The notes under the pieces are model-generated. The model made no database searches, was not told where the DNA came from, and was given only the letters and a program-made list of their open reading frames with translations. This document shows, piece after piece, positions 9,042 through 18,195 of a stretch of DNA of 33,744 bases (the stretch's first letter is position 1; each line of letters opens with the position of its first letter). The DNA is from Bacilli bacterium (GTDB lineage Bacteria > Bacillota_I > Bacilli_A > RF39 > UBA660): assembly GCA_035388245.1 (NCBI GenBank), contig DAOOPL010000002.1, forward strand, positions 1 through 33,744, given 5' to 3'. Both the position numbers and the translations under genes were made by a program.

Positions 9042-11186
9042 TTATTTATCTTTTTTTGTCATTGCTTCTTTTCTAGACAAATTAAGTTTTCCATTTTTAC
9101 CATAACCAGTTGCTTTAACAAGTATTTCATCTCCTAGAGATACAACATCACTTGTTTTTTCTACTCTTTTATCAGATAACTGAGAAATGTGTACTAAACC
9201 TTCACATCCTGGCCATATTTCTACAAAGCAACCAAAATCTTCTATCTTAACTACTTTACCATTATATATCTTACCTATTTCTACTTCTTTTACTATATCT
9301 CTAATCATATTAGCTGCTTTATTAATTATCTCTTTATCTGTATGATATATAATTACTCTTCCATCATCTTCTAAATCTATTTTAACAGCATTTACATCAT
9401 TAACAGAAATAACATTACTTGCTTCTTGTATTATTCTAGTAATTGTCTCTCCACCCTTACCAATAACTTCTTTAATACGATTAGAATCAATCATAAATGT
9501 CATTGTCTTTGGAGCATATTTACTAACTTCTTCTCTAGGTTTACTAATTTGTTTTTCCATTACTTTTAATATTTCAAATCTTGCTTTCTTTGCTTGACTT
9601 AAAGCTTCTTTTAATATTTCTTTAGTAACACCTTTTATTTTAATATCCATTTGAAGTGCACATATACCTTCTTTAGTACCTGCTACTTTAAAATCCATAT
9701 CTCCTAAATGATCTTCTAATCCTTGAATATCTGTTAATACTTTATAATCTTTACCTTCAGTAATAAGTCCCATTGCAATACCTGCTACTGGTCTTTTAAT
9801 TGGTACACCTGCTGCCATAAGTGCCATACATCCAGCACATATACTAGCTTGAGATGATGAACCATTACTTTCTAATATTTCAGATACAACTCTAATTGTA
9901 TATGGAAATTCTTCTTCAGTTGGTATTACTTGAAGTAGTGCTCTTTCTCCAAGTGCTCCATGCCCTATTTCTCTTCTTCCTGGTGCTCCATATCTTCCTG
10001 TTTCACCTACTGCAAAAGAAGGAAAATTATAATGTAACATAAATCTTTTTTCATCTTCTATTCCAAGACCATCTAGTATTTGATGTTCTCCTAATGCACC
10101 AAGTGTTACAACAGATAAACACTGAGTTTCTCCTCTTGTAAATAATGCAGATCCATGTGTTCTTGGAAGTAAATCTATATCAGTAGATAGTTGTCTTATT
10201 TCATCCATCTTTCTACCATCTGCTCTTTTCTTTTCTTTAACAACTATTTTTCTAAAGATATCATACTCTATTTGTGAAAGTATTAATTTAACTTTAGTTA
10301 ATAATTTATTTCTATCTTCTTCAGTTAGTTCTTTATTTTCTAACTCATATTTATCTACTATTTCTTTTTTAATTAATTCTATTTCAGCATATTTTTCTTC
10401 TTTACCTTTTATTCTTAAAGCTTTATCAAATCTTTTTTCTGATAATGCTTTAATTTCATTAATTAAATTATCAGTAAGTTCAAGTTTTTCATATTCCATT
10501 TTTTCTTTACCAATATCTTGAATTATTTCTTCTTGAAATTTAATTAATTCTTTTACTGCATTATGACCAACCATTAATGCTTCAAGCATTATTTCTTCGC
10601 TAACTTCTTTACTTCCTGCTTCAACCATATTAATAGCATCTTTAGTACCTGCTACAACTAAATCTATTAAACTCTTTTCTGATTCTTCTACAGAAGGATT
10701 AATAATAAATTTTTTATCTACATATGCAACTTTTACAGATGCTACTGGGCCATTAAATGGTATTTTACTAATGCATGTTGCAAGTGATGAACCAAAAAGT
10801 GCTGCCATTTCTGGAGAATGATCTCTATCAACTGACATAATAGTATTTACTATTTGAACTTCATTTCTAAAATCTTCTGGGAATAAAGGTCTCATAGGTC
10901 TATCTATCATTCTTGCTGCTAATGTTGAATTCTCTGTTGGTCTTCCTTCTCTTTTAATAAATCCACCAGGTATTTTACCTACTGAATATAGTTTTTCTTG
11001 ATATAAAACCATTAATGGAAAATAATCTGATAATAGATTAGCATTTGAACTAACTACTGCTGATGTAAGTACTACTGTGTCTTCATATCTTACAAGTACT
11101 GCTCCATCAGTTTGTTTTGCAAGTTCACCAGTTTCTACTATTATATTTTTACCATTAAAATTATACTTATATATTTTCTTTGACAT
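9042..11186 (-). CDS. pnp: Polyribonucleotide nucleotidyltransferase (PNPase)
   Basis: Two RNase PH domains, followed by a KH domain (IGKGGETI) and a C-terminal S1 domain (GKVVKIEDFGCFVEI). 714 aa. Confidence 0.97.
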   Translation of the reverse strand: MSKKIYKYNFNGKNIIVETGELAKQTDGAVLVRYEDTVVLTSAVVSSNANLLSDYFPLMVLYQEKLYSVGKIPGGFIKREGRPTENSTLAARMIDRPMRPLFPEDFRNEVQIVNTIMSVDRDHSPEMAALFGSSLATCISKIPFNGPVASVKVAYVDKKFIINPSVEESEKSLIDLVVAGTKDAINMVEAGSKEVSEEIMLEALMVGHNAVKELIKFQEEIIQDIGKEKMEYEKLELTDNLINEIKALSEKRFDKALRIKGKEEKYAEIELIKKEIVDKYELENKELTEEDRNKLLTKVKLILSQIEYDIFRKIVVKEKKRADGRKMDEIRQLSTDIDLLPRTHGSALFTRGETQCLSVVTLGALGEHQILDGLGIEDEKRFMLHYNFPSFAVGETGRYGAPGRREIGHGALGERALLQVIPTEEEFPYTIRVVSEILESNGSSSQASICAGCMALMAAGVPIKRPVAGIAMGLITEGKDYKVLTDIQGLEDHLGDMDFKVAGTKEGICALQMDIKIKGVTKEILKEALSQAKKARFEILKVMEKQISKPREEVSKYAPKTMTFMIDSNRIKEVIGKGGETITRIIQEASNVISVNDVNAVKIDLEDDGRVIIYHTDKEIINKAANMIRDIVKEVEIGKIYNGKVVKIEDFGCFVEIWPGCEGLVHISQLSDKRVEKTSDVVSLGDEILVKATGYGKNGKLNLSRKEAMTKKDK

Positions 11187-11228
11187 ATTACTTCTCTCTT
11201 TCTAATAAATTATATCATATTTCTAAAT

Positions 11229-11249
11229 AAAAACACTCAAAAAAGAGTG
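11229..11249 (-). terminator. Hairpin plus T-run directly after rpsO (terminator or pnp leader processing hairpin)
   Basis: CACTC-TTTTTT-GAGTG followed by T5 on the minus strand. An extended -10 TGATATAAT lies just downstream, ahead of pnp. Confidence 0.5.
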
Positions 11250-11250
11250 C

Positions 11251-11520
11251 TTACTTTCTAATTCCTAGTTTTTTAATTAACTCTCTATAACGATTAATAT
11301 CTTTTTCTTTTAAGTAGTTTAATAAATTACGTCTATTACCTACCTTCATTAAAAGACCACGTTTAGAATGAAAGTCATGTTTGTTTTCTTTTAAATGTTT
11401 AGTTAATGCATCTATTTCTGCTGTTAGAATTGCTACTTGTACTTCTGGAGATCCAGTATCATCTTTATGAATAGCAAATTTCTTTATTAACTTTTCTTTC
11501 TCATCTTTAATTAAAGTCAT
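11251..11520 (-). CDS. rpsO: 30S ribosomal protein S15
   Basis: [11 protein letters not shown]...HLK.NKHD.HS.RGLL..V..RR.LL.YL is the canonical S15 pattern. 89 aa. Confidence 0.97.
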   Translation of the reverse strand: MTLIKDEKEKLIKKFAIHKDDTGSPEVQVAILTAEIDALTKHLKENKHDFHSKRGLLMKVGNRRNLLNYLKEKDINRYRELIKKLGIRK

Positions 11521-11544
11521 ATTTCCTCCTTATATATTAATTCG

Positions 11545-11629
11545 CCTAAATCTTAGTATTGGTTGGAGACTCCATATACCAAGATTTGGTAACCTCTAAT
11601 AATATACATTACTTTTATATATAAATCAA
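11545..11629 (-). promoter_or_regulatory. rpsO promoter and structured 5' leader (candidate S15 autoregulatory element)
   Basis: TTGATT (11624-11629), a 17-nt spacer, then TATATT (11601-11606). The leader has a 12-bp helix (11548-11559 pairs with 11576-11587, one G.U) that encloses a GGAG-U-CUCC hairpin just upstream of the SD AAGGAGG. Confidence 0.4.
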
Positions 11630-11635
11630 GTAATT

Positions 11636-12490
11636 TTAAAACATTTTATATGGTTTTACTTTAGTTTTATCTTTATCATATGTTTTATAGATAGCAATTG
11701 CTTCTTTATTTGAATTTAAATACATAATTAAGTCTCCATTAAATGTCTTCTCTATTATTTGACCATATCTAATCTTTTGTTCTTTTTCTATATCTACAAT
11801 TTCTTTATTTATATCTATATCAGTAATATCCACTAATTTATAATTATCTTTTTCTATATCTTCAAGAGTATAGGAGTCTTCTATTTTATATTTACCTTGA
11901 GATATTCTAACAAGATCAGTCATAATACCAACTGTACCTAGTTTACTTGCAATATCTTTAATTAAACTTCTAATATAAGTACCTTTTGATACTTCACATA
12001 TAAACTCTATTTCTATTTTATTATTATTTCTTTTAATACTTAATAACTTAATATTTTTAATATCTACCTCTTTAGATGGTAATTCTACTTCAATATTTTT
12101 TCTTGCATATTCATATAATTTTTTACCATTTATTTTAGTAGCACTGTAAAGTGGTACCATTTGATTATATTTACCAATGAAGTTATTTATACAATTTCTA
12201 ATATCTTTATCAGAAATATCAATATTTTCCTCTTTTAATATTTTTCCTTCAATATCAAGAGTATCTGTTTCTATACCTAGTGTTGCATTTGCTTTATATG
12301 TTTTGTAACCAGATAATAAATCTACTAAACTAGTAGCTTTATTTATACAGATAACAAGAACACCAGTAGCAAGAGGATCTAAAGTTCCAGCATGTCCTAC
12401 TTTTTTAGTATTAAATTTCTTACCAATTATATTAACAACATCTCTACTTGTTAATCCTTTTGGTTTATTAATTATTAATATTTTATTCAT
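11636..12490 (-). CDS. truB: tRNA pseudouridine(55) synthase TruB
   Basis: Motif HAGTLDPLATGVL with the catalytic Asp. TruB-type catalytic domain. 284 aa. Confidence 0.93.
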   Translation of the reverse strand: MNKILIINKPKGLTSRDVVNIIGKKFNTKKVGHAGTLDPLATGVLVICINKATSLVDLLSGYKTYKANATLGIETDTLDIEGKILKEENIDISDKDIRNCINNFIGKYNQMVPLYSATKINGKKLYEYARKNIEVELPSKEVDIKNIKLLSIKRNNNKIEIEFICEVSKGTYIRSLIKDIASKLGTVGIMTDLVRISQGKYKIEDSYTLEDIEKDNYKLVDITDIDINKEIVDIEKEQKIRYGQIIEKTFNGDLIMYLNSNKEAIAIYKTYDKDKTKVKPYKMF

Positions 12491-12513
12491 AATATCACCA
12501 AAAATATTCTAAC

Positions 12514-12537
12514 ATAAAAAAAGAAGATTATCTTCTT
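12514..12537 (-). terminator. Intrinsic terminator after the kinase-like gene
   Basis: AAGAAG-ATAAT-CTTCTT followed by T7 on the minus strand, then TGTTAGAAT (12506-12514) ahead of truB. Confidence 0.55.
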
Positions 12538-13896
12538 TTATTTTAATATTAGTAACATTACTATTATTCCTGTTATTATTGTAATTACTGATAGTAATAT
12601 TATACCTGCTTTACCTTGTTTTTCTTTTTCTATTTCATTTGGTTTATATAATTCTTCAACATATTTTTCATATGCATCTGATAAATATAATCTTTGATTT
12701 TCTTTAAGAATTTTATCATAATATGTTTTAATACTAATTGGTAAATTTGGTTTACTCTTTTCATATCCTAAAATTAGTTCTTCTCTAGTCATTTTTTCAT
12801 CAATATTTATTCCTGTAAGTATTTGTAATATTGTAAGTGCAAAAGCATAAATATCTGTTTCTTTTGACACATATTCGTTTTGTGGATCTCTATATTGAAT
12901 ATTTATTTTATTATTTAATACATGTTCTTTTATTACAAAAGAATCACAATCTATAAATCTTATTTCTGATTTATCATCTACAAATATATTATCTGGATTT
13001 AAGTCACAAATATATATGTTTTTACTATGTAATTTCTTCATTGCATCTTCTATTTTTTTAATTATCTCTATTTTTTCTTCAAAACTATATTTATTATCTT
13101 TTAGTTTAACTATTGATTCTCCAACTGGTAAATATTCCATTGTATAACCTGTGAAACTACCTTCAAAATATACTAATTGTTTTGGTTTTATTACTTCTTT
13201 AACATCTAATTTCAATAATTCCTTTAATGTCTCTTCTCTGTCTTTTAAGAATGTAAATGATGTTGATGTAAACATTTTTAAAGCTTCATTATTGCTTGTT
13301 AAATATAAATCTGATGATTTACCAGTAGATATCTTTTTTGTAATTACTAGGTCTTTATATTCTAATGCTGAGGGATCTATTTGTCTAAACTTAGATAATA
13401 CTTTTCTTTGTATTGCTAAACTTTGTACACTAGCACTTAATATATTTTTATTTTCAATATTTCCATATTCATGAAATCCAAAAGTTTTATAAAAATTTTT
13501 TTCTTCTTCATTTTCTTTATTACATAATACTTCTATTTTTTTAATACCAATTTCATTTCCAATATATATAACGCTTTCATGCAATAATATTTTCATTTGA
13601 TTCTTATCAAATTCAGTATTTATATTTATATCAACAATATTTATATAATTAGATACTAAAGTATCTACTGAGTTTTTAATTTCAAACACTATATATCCAA
13701 TTAAAGATGTTGATGATAATAATATTACTACTACTTTATTTTTATAATATTCTGGGACTTTACCTTGTTCTATTTCTTCAAACATTGTTTTTTTATTAAT
13801 ACTATCTGGAGCAATTAATAATATTTCTTTATATAAATTAATATCATTTTCTAATATACCAAGTCTTATATTATTTTTATTTATTAAAGTAATCAT
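12538..13896 (-). CDS. Tail-anchored fusion protein: N-terminal GNAT-like domain plus Hanks-type Ser/Thr protein kinase-like domain
   Basis: Kinase subdomain motifs: ALKMF (VAIK-like Lys), ICDLNPDNIFV (HRDLKPxN-like with the catalytic Asp and Asn), FIDCDSF (DFG-like) and ETDIYAFALTILQILTG (subdomain IX-like). The N-terminal 165 aa end in NFYKTFGFHEYG, a typical GNAT C-terminal motif. There is a C-terminal TM helix GIILLSVITIITGIIVMLLIL. Confidence 0.7.
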   Translation of the reverse strand: MITLINKNNIRLGILENDINLYKEILLIAPDSINKKTMFEEIEQGKVPEYYKNKVVVILLSSTSLIGYIVFEIKNSVDTLVSNYINIVDININTEFDKNQMKILLHESVIYIGNEIGIKKIEVLCNKENEEEKNFYKTFGFHEYGNIENKNILSASVQSLAIQRKVLSKFRQIDPSALEYKDLVITKKISTGKSSDLYLTSNNEALKMFTSTSFTFLKDREETLKELLKLDVKEVIKPKQLVYFEGSFTGYTMEYLPVGESIVKLKDNKYSFEEKIEIIKKIEDAMKKLHSKNIYICDLNPDNIFVDDKSEIRFIDCDSFVIKEHVLNNKINIQYRDPQNEYVSKETDIYAFALTILQILTGINIDEKMTREELILGYEKSKPNLPISIKTYYDKILKENQRLYLSDAYEKYVEELYKPNEIEKEKQGKAGIILLSVITIITGIIVMLLILK

Positions 13897-13960
13897 ATTA
13901 TCATCTCCTACATATCATTGTAATAATTATACAATACTTTTGTATTAAAAAAAAGAAAAA

Positions 13961-14305
13961 TTAATTTTCTTTTTTAGTTTCTTCTATTAATTTTTCTATT
14001 CTATTACCATAATCAATTGATTTATCATATAAAAACTCTAGTTCTGGCATCTTCCTCATTCTTATTTTTCTTTTACATAATTCAGATTTAATAAAACCTT
14101 CTGCTTTATTTAAATCTTCTAAACACTTATCAATATTACTCCTATTAAATACTGTACAATATATTTTTGCTAAACTTAAATCACTTGTTATAGTAACTGC
14201 TGTTATTGTTACAAATTTAATATCTTCATCATTAATTTCATTTGCAAGAATATCACTAATTTCTTGTTGAAATACACTTGCTAATCTTTGTGATTTTATA
14301 CTCAT
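13961..14305 (-). CDS. rbfA: Ribosome-binding factor A
   Basis: RBFA pattern (R...V.QE.ISDIL, TIT.V..T.DLS.AKIY, P.L.F.YD.S). 114 aa. It lies downstream of infB. Confidence 0.9.
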   Translation of the reverse strand: MSIKSQRLASVFQQEISDILANEINDEDIKFVTITAVTITSDLSLAKIYCTVFNRSNIDKCLEDLNKAEGFIKSELCKRKIRMRKMPELEFLYDKSIDYGNRIEKLIEETKKEN

Positions 14306-14313
14306 ATTATCAC

Positions 14314-16419
14314 CTATCTTTTCTTTTCAATCATTTCAAAAGCTTCAATAATATCTTTTTCTTTAATATCTTGAAAGTTTTCTATAGTAATACCACATTC
14401 AAATCCTTTTTTAACTTCTTTTGCTTGATCCTTTTCTTTTTGTAAAGAACCTATTTTTCCAGTAAATATTACTTCTTCATTTCTAATTACTCTTGCCGAA
14501 GCATTATTTTTAATTACTCCTTCAATTACCATGCTTCCTGCTATTACTCCTGTTTTAGAAAATGTATATAGTTTTCTTACTTCTGCTTTACCTAATATTT
14601 TTTCTTCATATATAGGATCTAAAGTTCCTTTCATAGCATCTTCTATTTCTTCAACTACTTTATATATAATATTATGTAATCTTATTTCTACACAATAATC
14701 TTTTGCAAGATCTATTACTTTACTATTTTCTTTAACATTAAATCCTATTATTATTGCATTTGATGCATTTGCAAGTATTACATCATTTTCTGTAATTGCT
14801 CCGACATCTGATCTAATAATATTTATTTTTACTCCATCAACAGATACTCTTTCTAGTGCATTTTTTACAGCCTCAGCACTACCTTGAACATCTGCTTTTA
14901 ATATAATATTTACTTCTTTTAAGCCTGAGTTTATTTTACTAAATAAGTCCTCTATTGAGGTACATTTATCAATACTATGTGTATCTAATTTAGTATTTAA
15001 ACTACGTTTTTCTGCTACTTCATGTGCTTGTTTTTCTGATTCAAAAGCCATGAATTTCTCACCTGCTTTTGGTACTCCAGATAAACCTGTTACTTCAACA
15101 GGTGTTGAAGGACCAGCATCTACTATTTGATTTCCTAAATCATTTTTAAGACTTCTTACTTTGCCAAAATGTTCTCCTACTACAATTGCATCACCTAATC
15201 TTAACGTTCCATTTTGTACTAATAAAGTAACTATTGTGCCAACATTCTTATCAAGTCTTGCTTCTATTACTGTACCTAATCCATATCTATTTGGATTAGC
15301 TTTTAATCCTTGCATTTCTGATACTAATATAATACTATCAAGTAATTTATCTATTCCCTCACCAGTTTGAGCAGATATTGGTACAAATATTGTATCTCCA
15401 CCCCATGTATCTGGTGATATACCATTTTCTGCCATTTCTCTTGTTGTTTTTTCTATATCTGCATTTGGTTTATCAATCTTATTTATTGCTACAATTATTG
15501 GTACTTTAGCTGCTTTGGCATGATCTATTGCTTCTTTTGTTTGAGGCATAACGCCATCATCTGCTGCAACTACAATAATAACTATATCTGTAACACTAGC
15601 TCCTCTTGCTCTCATTTCTGTAAAAGCAGCATGACCTGGAGTATCAATAAAAGTTATTTTACTATTATTATGAATTATTTGATATGCTCCAATATGCTGA
15701 GTTATTCCACCATGTTCTTGTGATACAATACTACTTTTTCTAATAGTGTCAAGTACCGATGTTTTACCATGATCTACATGTCCCATAATTGTTACAACAG
15801 CTGGACGCTCACATAGCGATGATTCATCATCACATATTTCATACTTCTCAAAATTACTATAATCTTGAGTCTCTGCTCTTTTTAATGTTTTTTCATATTC
15901 AAGAGCTAAAACTTCTGCATCTTCAAAACTAATAGCAGTATTAATATTAGCAACTATTCCAAGTGATAATAACTTCTTAATAATATCTGTACTTGGTTTA
16001 GATATACTTGTTGCAAATTCATTAACTGTCATTTTATCTTTATATACAATAATATTTTCATCACTTGATGAGATATTAGATACTAATTTTTCTTTACTCT
16101 TATACATTTCTTTTCTTTTTAAATTAATATCTTCTGGTTTTTCTTCTACTTCAACCTTTGCTTTTTTTTGCTTCTTTGCTACTGCAATTTTTTCTTCAAT
16201 TTCATCTTCTTCATATTCTTGAATAAAATCATCTGCTGTTTCAACTTCTTCTTCTACAGTCTCTTCATCCTGTTTTTGAAATACATTATCCAAATCTATT
16301 ACTTGTTCCTCAGTTAAAACTGTTTCTTCATTTGCATTAAAACCTAGTTCAATGCACATTTCAATAACTTCATTAACTTCTCTAGAAACATCTTTTGCAT
16401 ATTCAATAACACTCATCAT
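14314..16419 (-). CDS. infB: Translation initiation factor IF-2
   Basis: GTPase motifs GHVDHGKTS, DTPGH and NKID, an acidic/Lys-rich N-terminal region and a C-terminal IF2 domain. I chose the ATG at 16417-16419 after AAGGAAG; the track starts at an upstream GTG. Confidence 0.97.
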   Translation of the reverse strand: MMSVIEYAKDVSREVNEVIEMCIELGFNANEETVLTEEQVIDLDNVFQKQDEETVEEEVETADDFIQEYEEDEIEEKIAVAKKQKKAKVEVEEKPEDINLKRKEMYKSKEKLVSNISSSDENIIVYKDKMTVNEFATSISKPSTDIIKKLLSLGIVANINTAISFEDAEVLALEYEKTLKRAETQDYSNFEKYEICDDESSLCERPAVVTIMGHVDHGKTSVLDTIRKSSIVSQEHGGITQHIGAYQIIHNNSKITFIDTPGHAAFTEMRARGASVTDIVIIVVAADDGVMPQTKEAIDHAKAAKVPIIVAINKIDKPNADIEKTTREMAENGISPDTWGGDTIFVPISAQTGEGIDKLLDSIILVSEMQGLKANPNRYGLGTVIEARLDKNVGTIVTLLVQNGTLRLGDAIVVGEHFGKVRSLKNDLGNQIVDAGPSTPVEVTGLSGVPKAGEKFMAFESEKQAHEVAEKRSLNTKLDTHSIDKCTSIEDLFSKINSGLKEVNIILKADVQGSAEAVKNALERVSVDGVKINIIRSDVGAITENDVILANASNAIIIGFNVKENSKVIDLAKDYCVEIRLHNIIYKVVEEIEDAMKGTLDPIYEEKILGKAEVRKLYTFSKTGVIAGSMVIEGVIKNNASARVIRNEEVIFTGKIGSLQKEKDQAKEVKKGFECGITIENFQDIKEKDIIEAFEMIEKKR

Positions 16420-16433
16420 AGATATCACTTCCT

Positions 16434-16700
16434 TTAATTTTCTTCTATATATTTTTCCAATTCTTCAAATAATTTATCTGATACTTTTACTTCTAAAACT
16501 CTATCTAAAATTTTTGATATTTTCGCTTTTCTTACTACTTCAATCTCTTTTTTTAAATAAGCTCCTCTTCCATTTGCTTTACCAGTAAAATCAATATTTA
16601 CATTACCATCTTTATTTCTTACTACCCTTATTAATTCTTTTTTTGGTAATTTTTCTTTAGTAACTACACAACTTCTAAGTGGTACTTTATTTATTTTCAT
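16434..16700 (-). CDS. ylxR: YlxR/DUF448 family RNA-binding protein
   Basis: PLRSCVVTKEKLPKKELIRVV...GRGAYL is the canonical YlxR motif set. It sits between nusA and infB. Confidence 0.85.
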   Translation of the reverse strand: MKINKVPLRSCVVTKEKLPKKELIRVVRNKDGNVNIDFTGKANGRGAYLKKEIEVVRKAKISKILDRVLEVKVSDKLFEELEKYIEEN

Positions 16701-16709
16701 ATTTACCTC

Positions 16710-17795
16710 CTACTTCTTGTATATACTTAAATCTGTTTTTTCCTCTTTTACTTGCTCTGAACTTTTTATATCAAGTCTGTAATGAGTAAGTTTTGCTGCT
16801 AAGCGAATATTTTGTCCTCTTTTACCAATAGCAAGTGATAAATCATCACCATCTGCTACTACAAGTGCTGTTCTTTGTTTCTCATCTGTAATAAATACTC
16901 TTACATTCTTAGCTGGATTAAGTGCATTTTGAATAAACTTTACTGGTTCTTTTGAGTATTCAATTACATCAATCTTCTCTCCATTTAATTCTTTCATTAT
17001 TCTATTTACTCTAGATCCATGTTCTCCAATACATGCTCCTACTGCATCTACTTGAGAATCTTCTGAATATACTGCTATCTTACTTCTTAATCCTGCTTCT
17101 CTAGCAACACTATATAAAATAACTGTACCATCATTTAATTCTGGTATTTCTAATTCTAATAAACGCTTTACGAATCCATAATGTGTTCTTGAAAGTAATA
17201 TTAATGGTGATTTGCCTGTATTATCTATCTTAGATACATAAACTTTTACAGAACCTCCCATTTTTAATACTTCTCCTTGTACGATTTCTGATTTTGGAAG
17301 AATACCATGTGTTCTACCTAAATCAACATAATAATTTGAAGTATCTTCTCTAGATAATGTACCAATTAATAACTCTTGATCTTTATTATTAAATTCAGTC
17401 ATTATACTATCTCTTTCAGCTTCTCTTATTTTTTGTACTAAAACTTGTTTAGCAGTTGATGTTGCTACCCTACCAAAATCTGTTGGTGTTATTTCTTCTT
17501 CTATTGTTTCTCCAACTTTCATATCTGGATTTATCTTTTTAGCATCTTTAAGTAATATTTCTACTTCTTCTGCTCTTTCCTCTTCACTATACTTTTTAAC
17601 TACTGTTTTAAATGAGTATACTTTAATATCTCCAGTTACTTTATCAATAGTTACCCTGACATTAGTAAGAGCATTAAAATGCTTCTTATATGCTGCTTCA
17701 AGAGCATGCTCCATAGCTTCAAATACAATACTTTCTTCTATTTCTTTTTCTTTACATAAATTTTTTAATGCTTTAATAAATTCTTTTCCGTTCAT
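16710..17795 (-). CDS. nusA: Transcription termination/antitermination factor NusA
   Basis: N-terminal domain, an S1 domain and two KH domains (GACIGEHGSRV and AIGKRGQNIRLA). 361 aa. Confidence 0.97.
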   Translation of the reverse strand: MNGKEFIKALKNLCKEKEIEESIVFEAMEHALEAAYKKHFNALTNVRVTIDKVTGDIKVYSFKTVVKKYSEEERAEEVEILLKDAKKINPDMKVGETIEEEITPTDFGRVATSTAKQVLVQKIREAERDSIMTEFNNKDQELLIGTLSREDTSNYYVDLGRTHGILPKSEIVQGEVLKMGGSVKVYVSKIDNTGKSPLILLSRTHYGFVKRLLELEIPELNDGTVILYSVAREAGLRSKIAVYSEDSQVDAVGACIGEHGSRVNRIMKELNGEKIDVIEYSKEPVKFIQNALNPAKNVRVFITDEKQRTALVVADGDDLSLAIGKRGQNIRLAAKLTHYRLDIKSSEQVKEEKTDLSIYKK

Positions 17796-17796
17796 T

Positions 17797-18063
17797 TTAG
17801 TCTACCTCCCCTGATGAACATACATCTAATACATATGATTTATTTAAACTACTTATATTATCAATAAGTGGATTAATAATATTTGATGCTAAAACACAAG
17901 TATCAACATCTACATATGGTTTTTTATCAATATATACTCTTAAATAATATATATTATTTTCCTTTACATATTCTATCTTTTTAATAGTAATACTTTCCTT
18001 TTTTAAATCATTTTCTATTAACTTTCTAACTTCTTCTTCCGTATACATCAACCTTTCAAACAT
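17797..18063 (-). CDS. rimP: Ribosome maturation factor RimP, N-terminal domain only (88 aa)
   Basis: IEYVKENNIYYLRVYID...VDVDTCVLASNIINPLID...YVLDVCSSGEVD aligns by eye with the RimP N-domain up to the LEVSSPG motif. The stop comes 2 nt before the nusA ATG, so the Sm-like C-terminal domain is absent. Confidence 0.65.
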   Translation of the reverse strand: MFERLMYTEEEVRKLIENDLKKESITIKKIEYVKENNIYYLRVYIDKKPYVDVDTCVLASNIINPLIDNISSLNKSYVLDVCSSGEVD

Positions 18064-18130
18064 AAAGAGCAGGTTTTTGACCTACTCTTTGCTGCTAAAA
18101 GTATTATAGCATAATTTTAATAGTTTACAA
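18064..18130 (-). promoter_or_regulatory. rimP-nusA promoter and leader hairpin
   Basis: TTGTAA (18125-18130), a 16-nt spacer, then TGCTATAAT (extended -10, 18103-18111). The leader has a 10-bp hairpin (18064-18073 / 18081-18090). It is perfect only in the minus-strand RNA, through one G.U pair, and it ends directly at the AUG. Confidence 0.45.
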
Positions 18131-18195
18131 CATTTTTATAATTAAATATAAAATATTTTTTTTATGATATAATTTAAATAATAGGAAGTGATATT

